Shown piece by piece: positions 24,972-38,930 of a DNA stretch of 64,000 nt. This DNA comes from Euprymna scolopes (taxonomy: Eukaryota). The notes under the pieces are model-generated. The model was given only the letters and a program-made list of their open reading frames with translations, ran no database searches and was not told the DNA's origin. The position numbers and the translations under genes are program-made. Position 1 is the stretch's first letter; each line of letters opens with the position of its first letter. Location: assembly GCA_053919585.1 (NCBI GenBank), contig CM132788.1; one strand, written 5' to 3'.

Positions 24972-27900
24972 ACTAACTGACTCACCAACTGGCGAATAAA
25001 TATGCTTTAACACATCTAAAAATTTGCTACTGTTTTTTTTATAATACTTATTAAAAAAGCACGGAAAGTATATCAATTTATTTATACAAACTGAAAGGAG
25101 GAAACAAGAAATCCTGCTGACTGAAGTTGGTATACAAAAAGGAAAATTGTGATGAGAGCAATTTAAATTAATATATTAGATTGGTTGTTCTGAACATCTC
25201 AAGTTTGTGCTGTTAATAATGGAGATGGCAGAATTCCTCACATTCTTAAATTAATGCAATTTTATTCTAAGTGCAAATAGCTTGAGAGATTTCTGCAAAT
25301 TGATCGAAGCAGTCATTGCCAAAGATAGTTTAATTAGATTAACTTTGAAAATATGTAAATTAGTCAAATGCTTGCATTTCCGAAAATTATGCAAACTTAT
25401 TAATATTCAAATTACTGCTATGAATATTTGAATAACAAATTAGCAATTGTAAAACGAAAATGCAAGTTATCAAACTCAACCCAAAAATTAGTTTCATAAA
25501 ATACACAAGAACAAGATTTCTCAATGAAAGTTTTTGTTTTTTAAACATCATATTTCTTTCGTATGAAGAATTTATTGGGATGAAATTGGAAATCAAAACG
25601 ATTGAATTTAAGACACAAACATATTTTGCCTAAAATCATAAAATAGATTTCGTTTTAAATCAAATCAATCCTTTAGGGATCATTGCTACTTTGACTTTAA
25701 TTAAATATTCTACTCTAGAATTAAATATAAATAATAAACAATTTGCAAAAAACTCCTGATTGAATACAAACATAATCTAATATAAATTAGTACCTTTCCT
25801 GCCGTGACAGAGTACAAAACTGACTTTGTAATTAGTGGGGGTGATATATCAAATCACTGCCCCCCCCCCTAAAAAAAAAAACATTCACAGCAAAAACTAG
25901 CCTAGCTCCAATCAAAAAACAGTTTTTCCTGTCTCTCCATATCAACTAAACAGAGCTTTCATGAACAAAGTTTCTTTCCTGCACCATGTAATGATTTAAA
26001 GAGGTCCAGGCATGACTATAGTCTCCACCAGATTCAGCGCATCCAAATTGAAGTTTTTTAATTTTCTGTAGTGTTTCAGATAAATTTTTTGTTATTGACC
26101 CAAAATACAATTTTAATCACCTTGAATAATAATTTAAGATTATTAGACAGAAGAAAAAAAAATCACTTAATCATGGTTCTATTGAGAAACTACTTTTTTT
26201 TTCAGAATTCTCTCAAGAAATTTTGTTAAAAAAAAATTTAAAAAAAAAAAAACTAAAAAAAAACGTAGTTTGTATTTTTAACAGAAAGTAAAAAATGAAG
26301 TAAATATGCATCAAGTGATGTTAGCGACGTGGAGGAGGGCGGTACAATTCAGAAGTTAATTAACAATTAGAAATTTGTGTATTTTGAAAAGTTACATTCT
26401 TTTCTTTTGAGAAAAAATTCAACACAATCAACCTATAAAAATATTGAGGTACATCTTTAGGATATACGAATACGGCATCTCACCAAGAAGTTGAAAACAA
26501 TGCTGGAATAGACAGAAAGATTTTTTTTTTTTTTTTTTTTTAGTTTTTCTTCAACTAGTTAAAAAAAAAATCAAGGCTAGATCCACATCTGAAAGATGGA
26601 TATGTGGATTCATAATATTAAAAAATACAACAGCTTTGAATAAACGCAAAACTTGTTGAGCCCAGGCCTGTAACAATGACATTACATAACTTCCACCAAT
26701 ATGAGCACGCACACAATATACATATTCATACATATACTAGCTGTCCCCACTCAGCATCCCCCCCCTCCGAAACGAAACAATGCATTAACAGATTCTTTAA
26801 AATAAAAGGAGCAAATGATATAAGTCAAGATCAAAAATGGAATCTTTGGATGTTTTGGAAAAACTGAATAACCAGATTAAAATATTGAGTTTGTATGTCA
26901 TATGCTTTGAATAATAACAGATAAGCTCTTCTATATTATAGAGATATATCATACATTCTGTTAAATTATGTCAATCGTAGGCTAAATCAATGCTAGTTAT
27001 TCAAATGGATAATTTATACCAAAAAGATGATATAAATATATTTGCTCATTTTAAGAAATCTAAATCAATACAAAGCTTTAACAATTTGAACCAGGAATTC
27101 TTCTAATAATAACTATTAAAATCAATATATATTTAAGAAATGCATTTTTGAAATCATATTTATTGTAATAGGATTATTATTTATATATTATTATTTTAAT
27201 CATTAATAATATCCAAAGATGTATAATTTCCAGCAAATAATGTATATGAGGTAATTTGAAATAAAATCATTACATTAAAAGATCATTATTAAAAGAAATT
27301 ACCAGTTTAGAATAATTTACAGTTATGTAGACTTTGGACTCATGATATATTAACAAACAGGAAAAAAAAGTTTAATAAATATTTTCATTTACATTGTTTA
27401 CGATTTTAAATCCATTTAAAAACTGACGTTTGTCTTATTTAAGAATATTTAACCCTAAATAATTCTTATAAGAGATGGTGTTAGAAAGATTTAAATTATA
27501 AATAAATAAATAAAAGGTTAAAGTGTTGCTTTTATTTCATTTCTTTTTATTAATGTAAAATAAAAATAAAAAATATTTGTTTTAAAACAGAATTGTTACA
27601 ATTTTAAAAAATAAAATAAATGGGATATTAGTTTTATTCCAAACATATTTAATTGACAATGACACTTATTTTTATAGAAAAAAAAATATACAATTGATTT
27701 GTAATACTATTAAACCTGAGCGACATTATTTCAAGAAATATTCTCAACAGTGTAAATATCCTCAAATGGCTTTTAAGGGGCGACTTAATCTGGGTAGTAA
27801 AGCTTATTATACAACATCTTACATGGGATACAAATAATTATGAAATGTTATTATAGGCAAATATAAAAATAATGTCTATCAAACAAAACTTGTACAAAAT

Positions 27901-28454
27901 TAAAATTGTAAAAAAAAAAAAAAAATGTTCACAATTCTTTTGTTAAATTAAAACGTGAAAGACATTAAAAGTGACTTAACAGCAGAAAAGTACCAATGGA
28001 TTTATTGTCAGTGTGCGCTCGACTGACAGAGTTAGATCGACACAATTCCAAGGAATTGCGAGAAGACGTGAAAAATAAATGAGCGTATAAATGAATGGGA
28101 ATTTGTTTGGAGAACGTGTGATTGCCCGCAGACAAAATGTCACTTCTTGGATTCTCTCCAAATCACTCTTGTCTAACACGTGGCTACTTGGCGTAATGGT
28201 GTGCCAATATGAGAGTTATTCGACTTGCGCTCACATGACATGGCCGATCTAGATAGAAGACGGTTTTCTTCTGTCAATGTTGTTCACTTAGTTAATTGAA
28301 CAGAATGGGTTCATAATTGAAGAAAAATTGCACCGTCTCTTCGACTAAAAATAAAATCAGTTTTAAATATATCTATGCATGCATATATCTCTATCTTTTT
28401 AAAAGTTAGATACGATTATATGTTTGGATTCACTCCTAAACTAATTAACTGATC

Positions 28455-28680
28455 ATTTTGTTCAAACTTCGATGGGACATCCTATCGGATGCCAGACATT
28501 CACCTGCTATATACATTCCAATCAAGAGATTTTTTCAGATTCTAACCATCCCTTTAAGTACAATTGTTTGAATCTCTCTTGCACTTGGTTCACCGGGTAT
28601 ATTTGCCAGATAGTTTTTGAAATTCTTTTTCAAGAGTCCAGCTGCTCCTATAATTACTGGAATGTGGTTCTTGATATGTG
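28455..28680 (-). mobile_element. 3' end of an RLE-type (R4-like) non-LTR retrotransposon
   Basis: Minus strand IPVIIGAAGLLKKNFKNYLANIPGEPSAREIQTIVLKG; 3' UTR matches 8450-8510. Confidence 0.8.
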
Positions 28681-31022
28681 TGGTTAAAGATGTGAACTTT
28701 GGTTACACACATTTGGAACTTTGAAGATAAGATCTGGTTTTATCTTAAAAACCCTTGATTAAAAAGATGAGATATTATAAGCACATACAGAGCGTGTGCC
28801 TTACTTATCATTACATACAAAAGTCTGTTGAATAAAAATGCACAATATTAACTAGTAGGATCTGTGGAAATTTCACGAAATGAGCTATATATATTGAATC
28901 AACAAATGTTTTGATAAAGCTGATATTTTTCTGGATAGCACAAATAAAAGTTTGTTTTGAACAGAAAAACCAACACACAGCAAATATGTTTAACATTTCT
29001 ATGAAAATAGTGTCTATTGTATTTTAAATATAAAACTGACCTAAATGAGATAAATTAATAAGTATTAATAAATACACAGCAAGTAATAGTGTGCTACATA
29101 GTTCAATACAAATAAGAAAATCACACTGTAAGAGACTATCTTTAATTCACTCGTTCAGTCCAACGCCTGTTGACAATGTTCTCTGTATTTTACATAGTGT
29201 TTTGTTTACTTCTTTCTTTAATGAAGAATCACTGCACATCGAAATTACTAGTTCCTTCCTCACACTAATGACCATATATTATTATAATGGTATTCGAAAA
29301 TGAGGCTACATCAAAGGGAGGCCACTTTCATATTTGTGTCCAGGGTTGTCGGATTGACCTCTTTAAGGCCAAATTTCATTAATTTATCCTTGATGAAGCA
29401 ATTTGGCCTTGCAAAATTGTATTTGGTCCTTTTCACAGCATAACACATGGATGAACTAAGAAAAGAACAAGTAGAATATTATATAGATGGATTATACATG
29501 ATTTCTATTTTAGACGGTCAACACATAAATGCTTTTTTTCCTTTTTTTCAATAAAGTTGGAGTTTGTTTTTATAATCTACATTTGGGCAGATGTTAAAAA
29601 GGATTGGATAGAACAGTTTTGAAGAGTTTTCTGCTTTCAGCTTTCTTTATCACAAGTACACTGACATCCACAAGTAGTAACATGGAATACTATACTCCTA
29701 TAATGTTTTTTTTTTTTTGTATTGATATTCATATTAAAAACCCTTTTTTCTATTTTTTTAAAGAAAATTTGGGTTATGGAATTGCATTCATCTGCAAAAG
29801 ATCTAATTAATTTGCATGTTCTTTTAAACATTCATTTTAATTCTTTATTACTTTTTTTCGGTTTTCTTATGGGATGATCGTCTTTAGTTAACTATTACAT
29901 GTAATTATATTCATGCAGATATTCTACATGATTTATACTTGCGTAATATTTGTGTAAAAACTTATATTAAACACAAACCTTTTTCTATACATATTTATGT
30001 ATGCGTGTATATATTTGTTTAAAAAATTTTGCCTACCAAACTCGTCTGTCAGTTTTTGGTCTACAAACATGAAACAACTTTATATTTGGGTTTTATCTGG
30101 GAAAGACTGGTGCAAAAGTGTGAAAATTTAAAAAAATGAAATTTGCGAGATGAAGATCAAATGCAGGCATTATGAATATGCATGCATAACGTAAGAGCTA
30201 TTGGTTCATGTTTTAATTTTTAGCCTTGCAGCAAACATGTCTCCATAGCTCAGGCATTAATGTCAAAGGAAAAAGTAAATCATAAGCTAAACGTTTTGGT
30301 TTCGATTCTCGGTGGTGGCACACAAGTCATTTTTTTTTTTAACTTTTAAAATCATTACTTTACATTGGGCCCAATATAATATAATAATACAAAATCTGCA
30401 TTAATCAAAATATCATATTTAAGTGTAGTTTACGAACGGGCAATGCCAGGCGGCCTACTACTTATTATTATAGACTTAACTTTCAACCTCCAGAAAATTT
30501 CCACTTGAAATTAATTATTACAACAGGATTCATTGTAAGCAATTCTATAATCTTGTCTAGATGAATGGTATTACTACTCATCTATTGAGATTTTTTTTTT
30601 TTTTTTTTACTATTACTCATATTGCAATTTTCTTACTGGTGCTCTTTTATCTATTATTTACAATTATTGGTTCATATGTTTTACAATTTTATACCAGGTC
30701 TACTTAAGAGGCAGTTGTTGTCCAACACATGCACTGCTTCTTTGAAGTTTAACTAGAAAGTTCCTAAGTTCCAAAAAATGTACATGAAAATCGGAAATTA
30801 CACCAGCTGAAAAATTGTGAATAGAGTTGAATAAAATATATCAAAATTTTCACACATTTAATGACGAATGAAAATTACAAACTATATTTTGATTATATTT
30901 TCATTAAAACAAGAACATACTATCTTTTCATTTATTCCTAACTTAACTCAATTTTTAAAGTTCAGAACTTCATTCCTGTAAAGAATTACAACAAAAACAG
31001 TTTTTTCCTCCTTTCATTTAAA

Positions 31023-31476
31023 CCAGCCTGTGTACCCAGCATTGCCCGGGTGTTTGGAGGTGTGTGCTGAGCAAAAAAAAAAAAAAAGTGGTAGTAGGCA
31101 GGAAGGCTCGAACTGTACCACAAAGCAGAAAAAGAATACAAAAAAAAAAAAAACGTGACGTGTTTGCTGTTGCATCCATCGCAAAACCTGAAGTGACATA
31201 GGTTTAAATTAAGGCTAGATGATAAAAAAGAGGGGATGACTTTAAAAAATATTGGCGAAAAAAGCGACCACTTCCTGTAGAAGAGTGCCCAGTTGAAGCT
31301 GAACGAATTAATGTTTTTGGCCAATTGTTCAACATTTGTCATCCGAAGGGTCGAGCTTCAAAACGATACTGATCTCGTGAAAATCCGTCACCTCTGTCGA
31401 AAGTTTTAGGCAGACATACAAACATACATACACACATACATGCATTTAAACAGACAGGTGAGATTTATATTATAGA
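31023..31476 (-). mobile_element. Non-autonomous Helitron (same family as 1432-1874)
   Basis: On the minus strand: 5' TC at 31476, 3' hairpin plus CTGG then T at 31023. Confidence 0.8.
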
Positions 31477-31546
31477 CTAGCAAAAGTACCCGTCGTTGAC
31501 TGGGTTCAAAAACAACCTACAGAAAATGGACTGATTTATGAAAGTA

Positions 31547-32218
31547 CTAGCGGGATACCCGGCGTTGCCCGGGTGATTGCAAAGTAATCACCGTTTAAAT
31601 ATTATAAAAAAAAATGCTAAAACTTTTAAAAAATCAAAAAAAAAAAAGAAACAACGAAAAAAACAAACGTAAGGCAAACGAACGATGTTAAAATTTCTTA
31701 AAAAAGTAAAAAAAAACAATTGGATGGAAAAAAAAAAACAGAAAAACGAACGTTAAAACTTCTTTAAAAAATCTTTAAAAAAAAAAAACCATAGAACGTG
31801 AAAAATAGCTTAAATAGCCCTGTTTCAATATTAAACCTTTAAAAATCGAAAAACAAAAAGACATCTCATACCACGATTCAAACTCACAACCTTTAGATAA
31901 TGACACCGTGCTCTAATGAACTGAGCTAAGAGAACATTGACAAAATTAGGTCAGTTTTTTTAATATTTCAACTAATAAATGTTCCTACGTCATATGCGCA
32001 TGCGTAGAGCCATCTTGTCATAAGAGGACGATTTTTGGCTACCCCTGCCTGTACAAAAATGGCTAGTTTAGGGTGAAGGAATTAATGTTTTGGACCAATT
32101 TTTCAATATTTGTCGTCCAAGATGTGGAGCTTCAAAATGATACCGAACTCGTGAAAATCCGTTGCCTCTGTTGAAAGTTTTTGCGAGACATACACACATT
32201 TTCGCTTTTATATATAGA
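31547..32218 (-). mobile_element. Non-autonomous Helitron
   Basis: On the minus strand: 5' TCTATATATAAAAG at 32218, 3' CCCGGGCAACGCCGGG plus CTAG at 31547-31550. Confidence 0.8.
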
Positions 32219-33731
32219 CTAGCGGGGGTACCTGGCGTTGCCCAGGTGTTTGTAGGTGTGTGTGGTGTTAAATAAAAAAAGAACCGGGGGGGGGGGGGTA
32301 GGATCGAACCGGAAGCCCTGAGGCAAAGTTTGAAAATAAAATCGGCCAGCCAGAATGAGTTAGTGAAAGATATTTTGAATTTATTTAAGAACCAAATTGA
32401 CAGGTGCGCGGCCGGAAGTCGTCGAGTGTTACGACGCCGATGACAACGACAACGTAGGTTGGTTTGTTATAAGCAAAGTAAAAAAAAGAAAACAACGCTA
32501 ACACTTAAGCAGGAAAAAAAAAAACACAAATAAAACTAACGTAAGGCAAACGAAGGATGAAAACAGACAACGAACGTTACGTGAAAAATGGCTTAAATAA
32601 GCCTGTTTCAATATTAAAATTTAAAAAAATCGGTGGGCACCCGGGTGTTTTTGGGTGTCGCTAAGAATAAGCGAAGTAAAAAAAAAAAAAAAAAAAAGCT
32701 GAAAAACGAACGTTACGTGAAAAATGGCTTAAATAAGCCTGTTTCGATATTAAAATTTTTAAAAATCGGTGGGCACCCGGGTGTTTTTGGGTGTCGCTAA
32801 GAATAAGCGAAGTAAAAAAAAAAAAAAAAAAGCTGAAAAACGAACGTTACGTGAAAAATGGTTTAAATAAGCCTGTTTCGATATTAAAATTTAAAAAAAT
32901 CGGTGGGCACCCGGGTGTTTTTGGGTGTCGCTAAGAATAAGCGAAGTAAAAAAAAAAAAAAAAAAAAAGCTGAAAAACGAACGTTACGTGAAAAATGGCT
33001 TAAATAAGCCTGTTTCGATATTAAAATTTAAAAAAATCGGTGGGCACCCGGGTGTTTTTGGGTGTCGCTAAGAATAAGCAAAGTAAAAAAAATAAGCAAA
33101 GTAAAAAAAAAAAAAAAAAAGCTGAAAAACGAACGTTACGTGAAAAATGGCTTAAATAACACTGATTCAATATTTAAATTTAAAAAAATCGGTGGGCACC
33201 CGGGTGTTTTTGGGTGTCGCTAAGAATAAGCAAAGTAAAAAAAATAAGCAAAGTAAAAAAAAAAAAAAAAGCTGAAAAACGAACGTTACGTGAAAAATGG
33301 CTTAAATAACACTGATTCAATATTTAAATTTAAAAAATCGAAAAAAAAAAAAAAAACCATCTCACACCACGATTCGAACCCAAAATGTTTAGATAATGAA
33401 CCAAGGCCTTAACCAACTGAGCTAACGCGACGTACATGAAATTTGTTCGGTTTTTAAACTATTTAAAGTAAATCAGGTCATGACGTCATCTGACGCATGT
33501 GTAGAACCGGTCGAGAGGGCCGTTTTTGTTGACCCCCCCCCCCCCGGTCGAAAATTGTCGATTTCAGGGTGAAAAAAATGAATGTTTTTGGCCAATTTTT
33601 CGATATTTTTCAAGTGAAGGATGGAGTTACGATATGATACCGAGTTTGTGAATTTTTGTTGTGTGTCGAAAGTTTTTAGCAGACACACAAACATATATAC
33701 ATACATACATTTTCACTTTTATATATATAGA
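32219..33731 (-). mobile_element. Non-autonomous Helitron carrying an internal tandem repeat
   Basis: On the minus strand: A then TCTATATATATAAAAG at 33731, 3' hairpin plus CTAG at 32219-32222. Confidence 0.8.
32570..33340. repeat. Tandem repeat, about 5.5 copies of a 134-152-bp unit
   Basis: ACGAACGTTACGTGAAAAATGG...CGGTGGGCACCCGGGTGTTTTTGGGTGTCGCTAAGAATAAGC plus an A-tract, starting at about 32570, 32706, 32840, 32977, 33129 and 33279. Confidence 0.95.
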
Positions 33732-34649
33732 TGTTTACAATGCCTTTATATGTAGATTGTTTTGAAACTTAACAGAATGTGTAAAGACAAAACTTTGTTC
33801 TTTAATCTTATCTGTCACTAAAAACAATATCATGGAACAAATTATTTTAGTTATCATCAAAAGTCCATGTTTGTAACACTGCTTTTTTTTCTTTTTTTAA
33901 ATAATATACATGATAAAAGTCATCTTACCAATGACGAAAATAATTTATTTTTACTTGGGGGTGGCATCACTTATCGAGGTCCAGAGGTCACTAGGATAAG
34001 GGTCAAGTATTTAGTAGATGGTGAGAGAACATGATCAGTAATGGTGGAAATTGGGTAGAGCTAGATCAACTAAGAGGACAGCTCAGCAAGAACATCCACA
34101 TTAGATTTGAAGGCGACCATGCTTTAGTCAACTGGAAAGCAGCCACACAATACTAAAATAAGTGACCGGATGTAAGTTTCAAAGACTGGTAAGAGTTAAT
34201 TCCATTCCTTTGAAAACTGTTTAATTTATTAAAAATATATTTAAACAAAGGTCTATCATTTTATAAATAGTTTGATAGTATAAGACATTAAAAGTTAATT
34301 ACGTTTTCTGGTGTCACACACAAAATAACTATTTACACATGTAGACATTAAAACAGAGACATTGCATATCAATGATAGAGATTTCAATCTTTATTAGTTT
34401 AAAATGCATAATGGAAAATGACACATCAAACAATTTAGCAAATATTCTGTGAAAATTAGTTAGCATTTTGTAGACATTTGGTGGCGGTTCTCCAGACTTA
34501 TTCCCACAACATTTATTTTTTAATTCTTATAGCTGAAGCGGATATTGTCTCAGCAAGTTGTTGATTTTATTCTAACATAAATGCTATTTAGGCTGAACTT
34601 TTAAAATCCAACCAACATAAATTGATACATAAGATAATGTATTTATATG

Positions 34650-35275
34650 CTTCCCCACCAACGCAAATTAGGCACAGGGCCGTTTTTAATGTGGGGTAAA
34701 AACCAGCTCCCCTAAAAGTAGGCAAAAAGGGGGCACTCTGGTTACCAAAAATAATAATTGTCCCAGTATAGAGGGTTTCCCCCCCATTGACTGGGGCAAA
34801 TTATCTGAAGTGCAGCATCTGCAGAACAGATACTACACTTTGATCCTGGCCCGAAGGCCAAGAACAAGGTATTTATCACCGAGCAAATTAGGCACAGGGC
34901 CGATTTTTAATGTGAGGAGTGAGGGGGAAATGGGGACCAACTCCCCGGGGAGTAGGGGAGCTGGATAGTGACAATTGGTATGAAGGGTTTCCCCTACATT
35001 GACCAAGGTCTTATATGTGGGGTTGGTATTTATTTGCTCCCCCACCGAGCAAATTAGGCACAAGGCCGATTCTTAATGTGAGGAGTGAAGGGGGAAATGG
35101 GGACCAACTCTATGGGGAGTAGGGGAGCTGGATAGTAACAATTGGTATGAAGGGTTGTCCCTACATTGACCAAGGTCTTATATGTGAGGTTGCCCCCACA
35201 TATGGTCTTTGCTTGCAGTATCTGCCCGAACAGATACTACACTTTAATCCCGGCCCGAAGGCCAAGAACAACAGA
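34650..35275 (+). repeat. Three tandem copies of a SINE-like interspersed repeat
   Basis: Head CACCGAGCAAATTAGGCACAGGGCCG.TTTTTAATGTG; 34877-35026 and 35043-35192 are near-identical. Dispersed relatives at about 795-935 (-), 59440-59630 and 62890-63100. Confidence 0.75.
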
Positions 35276-36844
35276 GAAGCATGGATTATGAGTCACATAA
35301 GCCATATATGTATAACTTTGTTCAGATTTAGTTTTCAAGTTATGATTTTATTTCTTTACTTTTCTTTATTCCTGTTACATTGGCTGAGGGGGGGGGGGGT
35401 ACAGCAGTGACAACCTGCAACATACGCCAGCAAACACAGAAAAATCAACCCAAACCCAAATGTGCTTGGAGTCTGGTTATTTATTGAAAAGATTTAGAAT
35501 TGTGAGAGACATTCACTGATAAGAAATATATTCTCCAATGTAATTATATTTCAGCAGAAAGTTTAGCACCTTTCAACTCTGGAAGAGGTAAAATGACCTG
35601 TCACCTCAAAATAGACATTCAGTTCAGATTACATTTCCGTCCACTGACAGTTTGGTAGAAACAATAGCACATTGTTTTGGCTGAATACTGACCTCAAGGT
35701 CACTTATCCTTTCTTTTTCACTATTCAAATGGTTTACTTTATCCAATGCCCGTTTTAATAAAATGTAGCCATCTTTTCAATACTAAAACCCAATTATTTA
35801 ATTTTAAATAGAAAACAAGGGAATATTGTATACTTCATTCTCCATCTATGTCTATTTATTTATCAAAAGAAAAGAAAAAATAAAGGGAAAATATTAATAA
35901 TTCATGCAATAGTAGATACAAAGCCACTTCTGTGTTTTAAGTGCGCATTTGAAATACTTTCTGAAAACCGAATATAGAACTAACTGGTTACCCGATCGTA
36001 CAATATACTTAAACATGATATTTTAAATTTTTTTTTTTTTTTGCATTTGTATCTTACAGAATCAATCCTATAGTGAATATTATATATTACGAGGAATAAT
36101 TTACCCGGTGAACTAATTCACAAAATAAAAATAAAAAATAATGAAAAAATAAAAATAATAATTCCATCTGTGTTTGCTTATAACATCAGGTCAGCTGATA
36201 TTTGGGCTTGACTATGAATGCCCTGGAAAAGTCACTTCTGATTAATGTTTAGTTTTAAAATATGCAAACAAAGAAATGATTTACGGCGACTTTAAATGGT
36301 ACTTCTTCTATTGTAAATTGGACTCCTTAATGATAAAAATTAAAATAAAATGGTGAGGTACATCAGGTCCTGAACAGGGAAGCATTTGATTTGTAGTCGA
36401 ATGCGCTATCATTCAGCTATATTTCCAGATGTCAATAATTCAATTTATTTTTAGAAAACATTTGCTATTTTATTATCTCCCTTACCGGTGTAAAATAAAA
36501 TATTTTGTTGTAAAAATTCTTTATTTTAATCTATAAGACTTAAACTATTTTTAAGATGGGATTTTTTTCAATTTTCGATACTTATTGGATGAATTTCTAT
36601 ACAAAACATATCTAACAAATAAATTACCTTTGTAAATTAAGGACAAATAAGAACCTTTGTAAATTAAGGACAAATAAATTACCTTTGTGTGAAATTTGCA
36701 AAAGATAGGCTCGGCTGTTTTGGAACCTATGAGGCAGGAACACACACACACGCAAAGTCACTTTTATATATTAGTAGAGATAGAAATATTCTCTTGTTTA
36801 AAAAGAATTGGATACAATTTACAACCTTTTAGTTTGTTTAATCT

Positions 36845-36882
<38 letters not shown>

Positions 36883-37868
36883 TAACTGGCCTTACCAGGG
36901 ATTGGCCGGGACTGTTTACTTTCATTCAGTCTAATAGTTTGTTACTTTTTTTAATTTGTAGTTAAATAATAAAAAATTAGTTAGTGGAATGTTGGAAATA
37001 TATTTAACAGCTAAAAATAATAAAATAAAAAAGAATAAAATAAATAAATAAAAAAGTGTACATAAAAATCATAAAAGAAATAATTAAAAAAATAAAAACA
37101 CATTAAAATCAACTCCAACGAGAATTATCTAAACGTATTTAAACAATCTTCAAAGACCCCATAAAAAAAAAAAAACAATGGTCACAAAAACTTTAGTTTT
37201 TGCTAAATTAGTGCACATTAAAAGAACTTCCTAAAAATAATAAAAAATGTAATTTAAAGCAACAATTAAAATTCACAATAAAATAAGAGTAATTCAATAA
37301 AAAAAATTACATATAATACATAAGGATTCAGACTATTTCAAATAAATATTTATTCAAACACTGGCAAACGATAATTACTTTCTATTATTTTTGACGGAAG
37401 GTGCATTACACTAGTTTTAAAATAAGTTGTGAAGCTTTCACCAAATTATTTTTTTAATATAGTGACAAAATTAGGAAAATAAATATTAACAAAAAAACAT
37501 ACCTGTAGTTTGTTATTTATTTTTTTTTTTTTAATAAATGACAAAGAATACGTGCTTGTGCACAATAATAATTTTGTATGCAGAATAGGTCTGGTAAAGT
37601 GTAGTTAAAAAATGATCGTTTGTGAAGAAAAAGTGTTTATTTTTGGGAGGTAATGGTAGTTTAGTGGTTAACAATACAGACCGACAACCTCGGTGTCCCA
37701 AGTTCGAATCCAGATCGTTCCATAAAAATCACACTCAAGATGTTGGCAATCTTCATGTGGTCCCTCCTATAAGTACTTGATATCTTTCTAGAAATAATTC
37801 TCATTACAAAAATATTGGAGAAACCAATGCCAACAACAAAATCTTCAGAGGATGCATGTTAAGTAAAT

Positions 37869-38259
37869 CTTCTTGGCTGTACGTCGCAAATGAAGATTCT
37901 ATAAAGGGGGTTATCCACGCCAATTACAGGCACGCTTGTGGCTGACAAGCCCGATGTGGTATAAGCAGGTTTGGCCACAATGACTGCAGTCAAAAGTCAT
38001 GTCAGGTGTGGCTGCTGAGGCTTCTCGAATCTTCTTCCTGCAGCGGTTCTCCCGCAGATTCTCCGTGCAGGAGGTGACAGCCTGGTGGACAGTATGTTGC
38101 CAGGTATCACGGTCAGCAGCAAGAGCAGACCACTGTGGCAGTCACCAAGGGACTTCTTCAGAGACTCTGTATATCTTTCCTTCGGTGCCCCTCTGTCATG
38201 ACGGCCAGTAGAGAGTTCACCATATAGGACTATCTTGCGCAGGCGATGATCGTTCAGAT
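37869..38259 (-). mobile_element. 5'-truncated RTE-clade LINE with an 18-bp TSD
   Basis: RLRKIVLYGELSTGRHDRGAPKERYTESLKKSL (typical RTE C-terminus); TSD GATGCATGTTAAGTAAAT at 37851-37868 and 38260-38277. Confidence 0.9.
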
Positions 38260-38389
38260 GATGCATGTTAAGTAAATAGTGCACTGAAAAAAGATAGTTT
38301 ATTACTAAATATTTAAAGTCGATGATTCAAGTAGGAAGAAGAGGACTTGTGACAAAGGTTTATCTCTTCAGATTCCCATTATATTTTTT

Positions 38390-38690
38390 TACATGTGACA
38401 ACATCCACCTGATGTGGGTTGACCGGCTCAAAGGGAATTCACTGCACCATGGTGGCCATTTAAGTCTGTCCACTGCTGACTCCTCAGCATACCTCAGCCA
38501 TTCACGATTCTATCATCACACACCGAAGATGCTAGGGCCAGTCATAGCTTTCAAGTCAGTTTTGACCATTGTGATCTATGTCTTCAGTTGATCACCGATC
38601 TTCTTGCACCATCCCAGTAGCAGTGTTGATGCTATTGCCTTGTGAAGGATGATGAAGTGCATGCCCAAACCATCAAAGCCTCCTGATAAA
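38390..38690 (-). mobile_element. Second RTE-like LINE 3' fragment
   Basis: Minus strand GDQLKT*ITMVKTDLKAMTGPSIFGV..NREWL resembles RTE C-termini. Confidence 0.55.
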
Positions 38691-38930
38691 GATGTACTAT
38701 TACAAATCGATTTTTGAAGTTTTTATTTGTATTCAGATCAATCTTAAAAAAAAATTTTTTTTTTTAACCATTTATAAATGTTATTCGTATCTCTGACCAT
38801 GTCCCAAATGCCACAATCCATGCACAATGTAAGCTTGGTAGACTTAAGGAAGTACATAAGTTCAAATGACAGAATCCAAAATCCAAGGTAAAAGGTCAGT
38901 TAGTAAAAGTAAGTCTGTAAGAATTCAATA

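Noticed and set aside
24041-25076. Long ORFs of 289-322 aa
   Set aside because: They consist of N-gap codons.
29365-29410. 18-bp hairpin AAGGCCAAATT...AATTTGGCCTT
   Set aside because: Too short for a pre-miRNA call and no supporting context.
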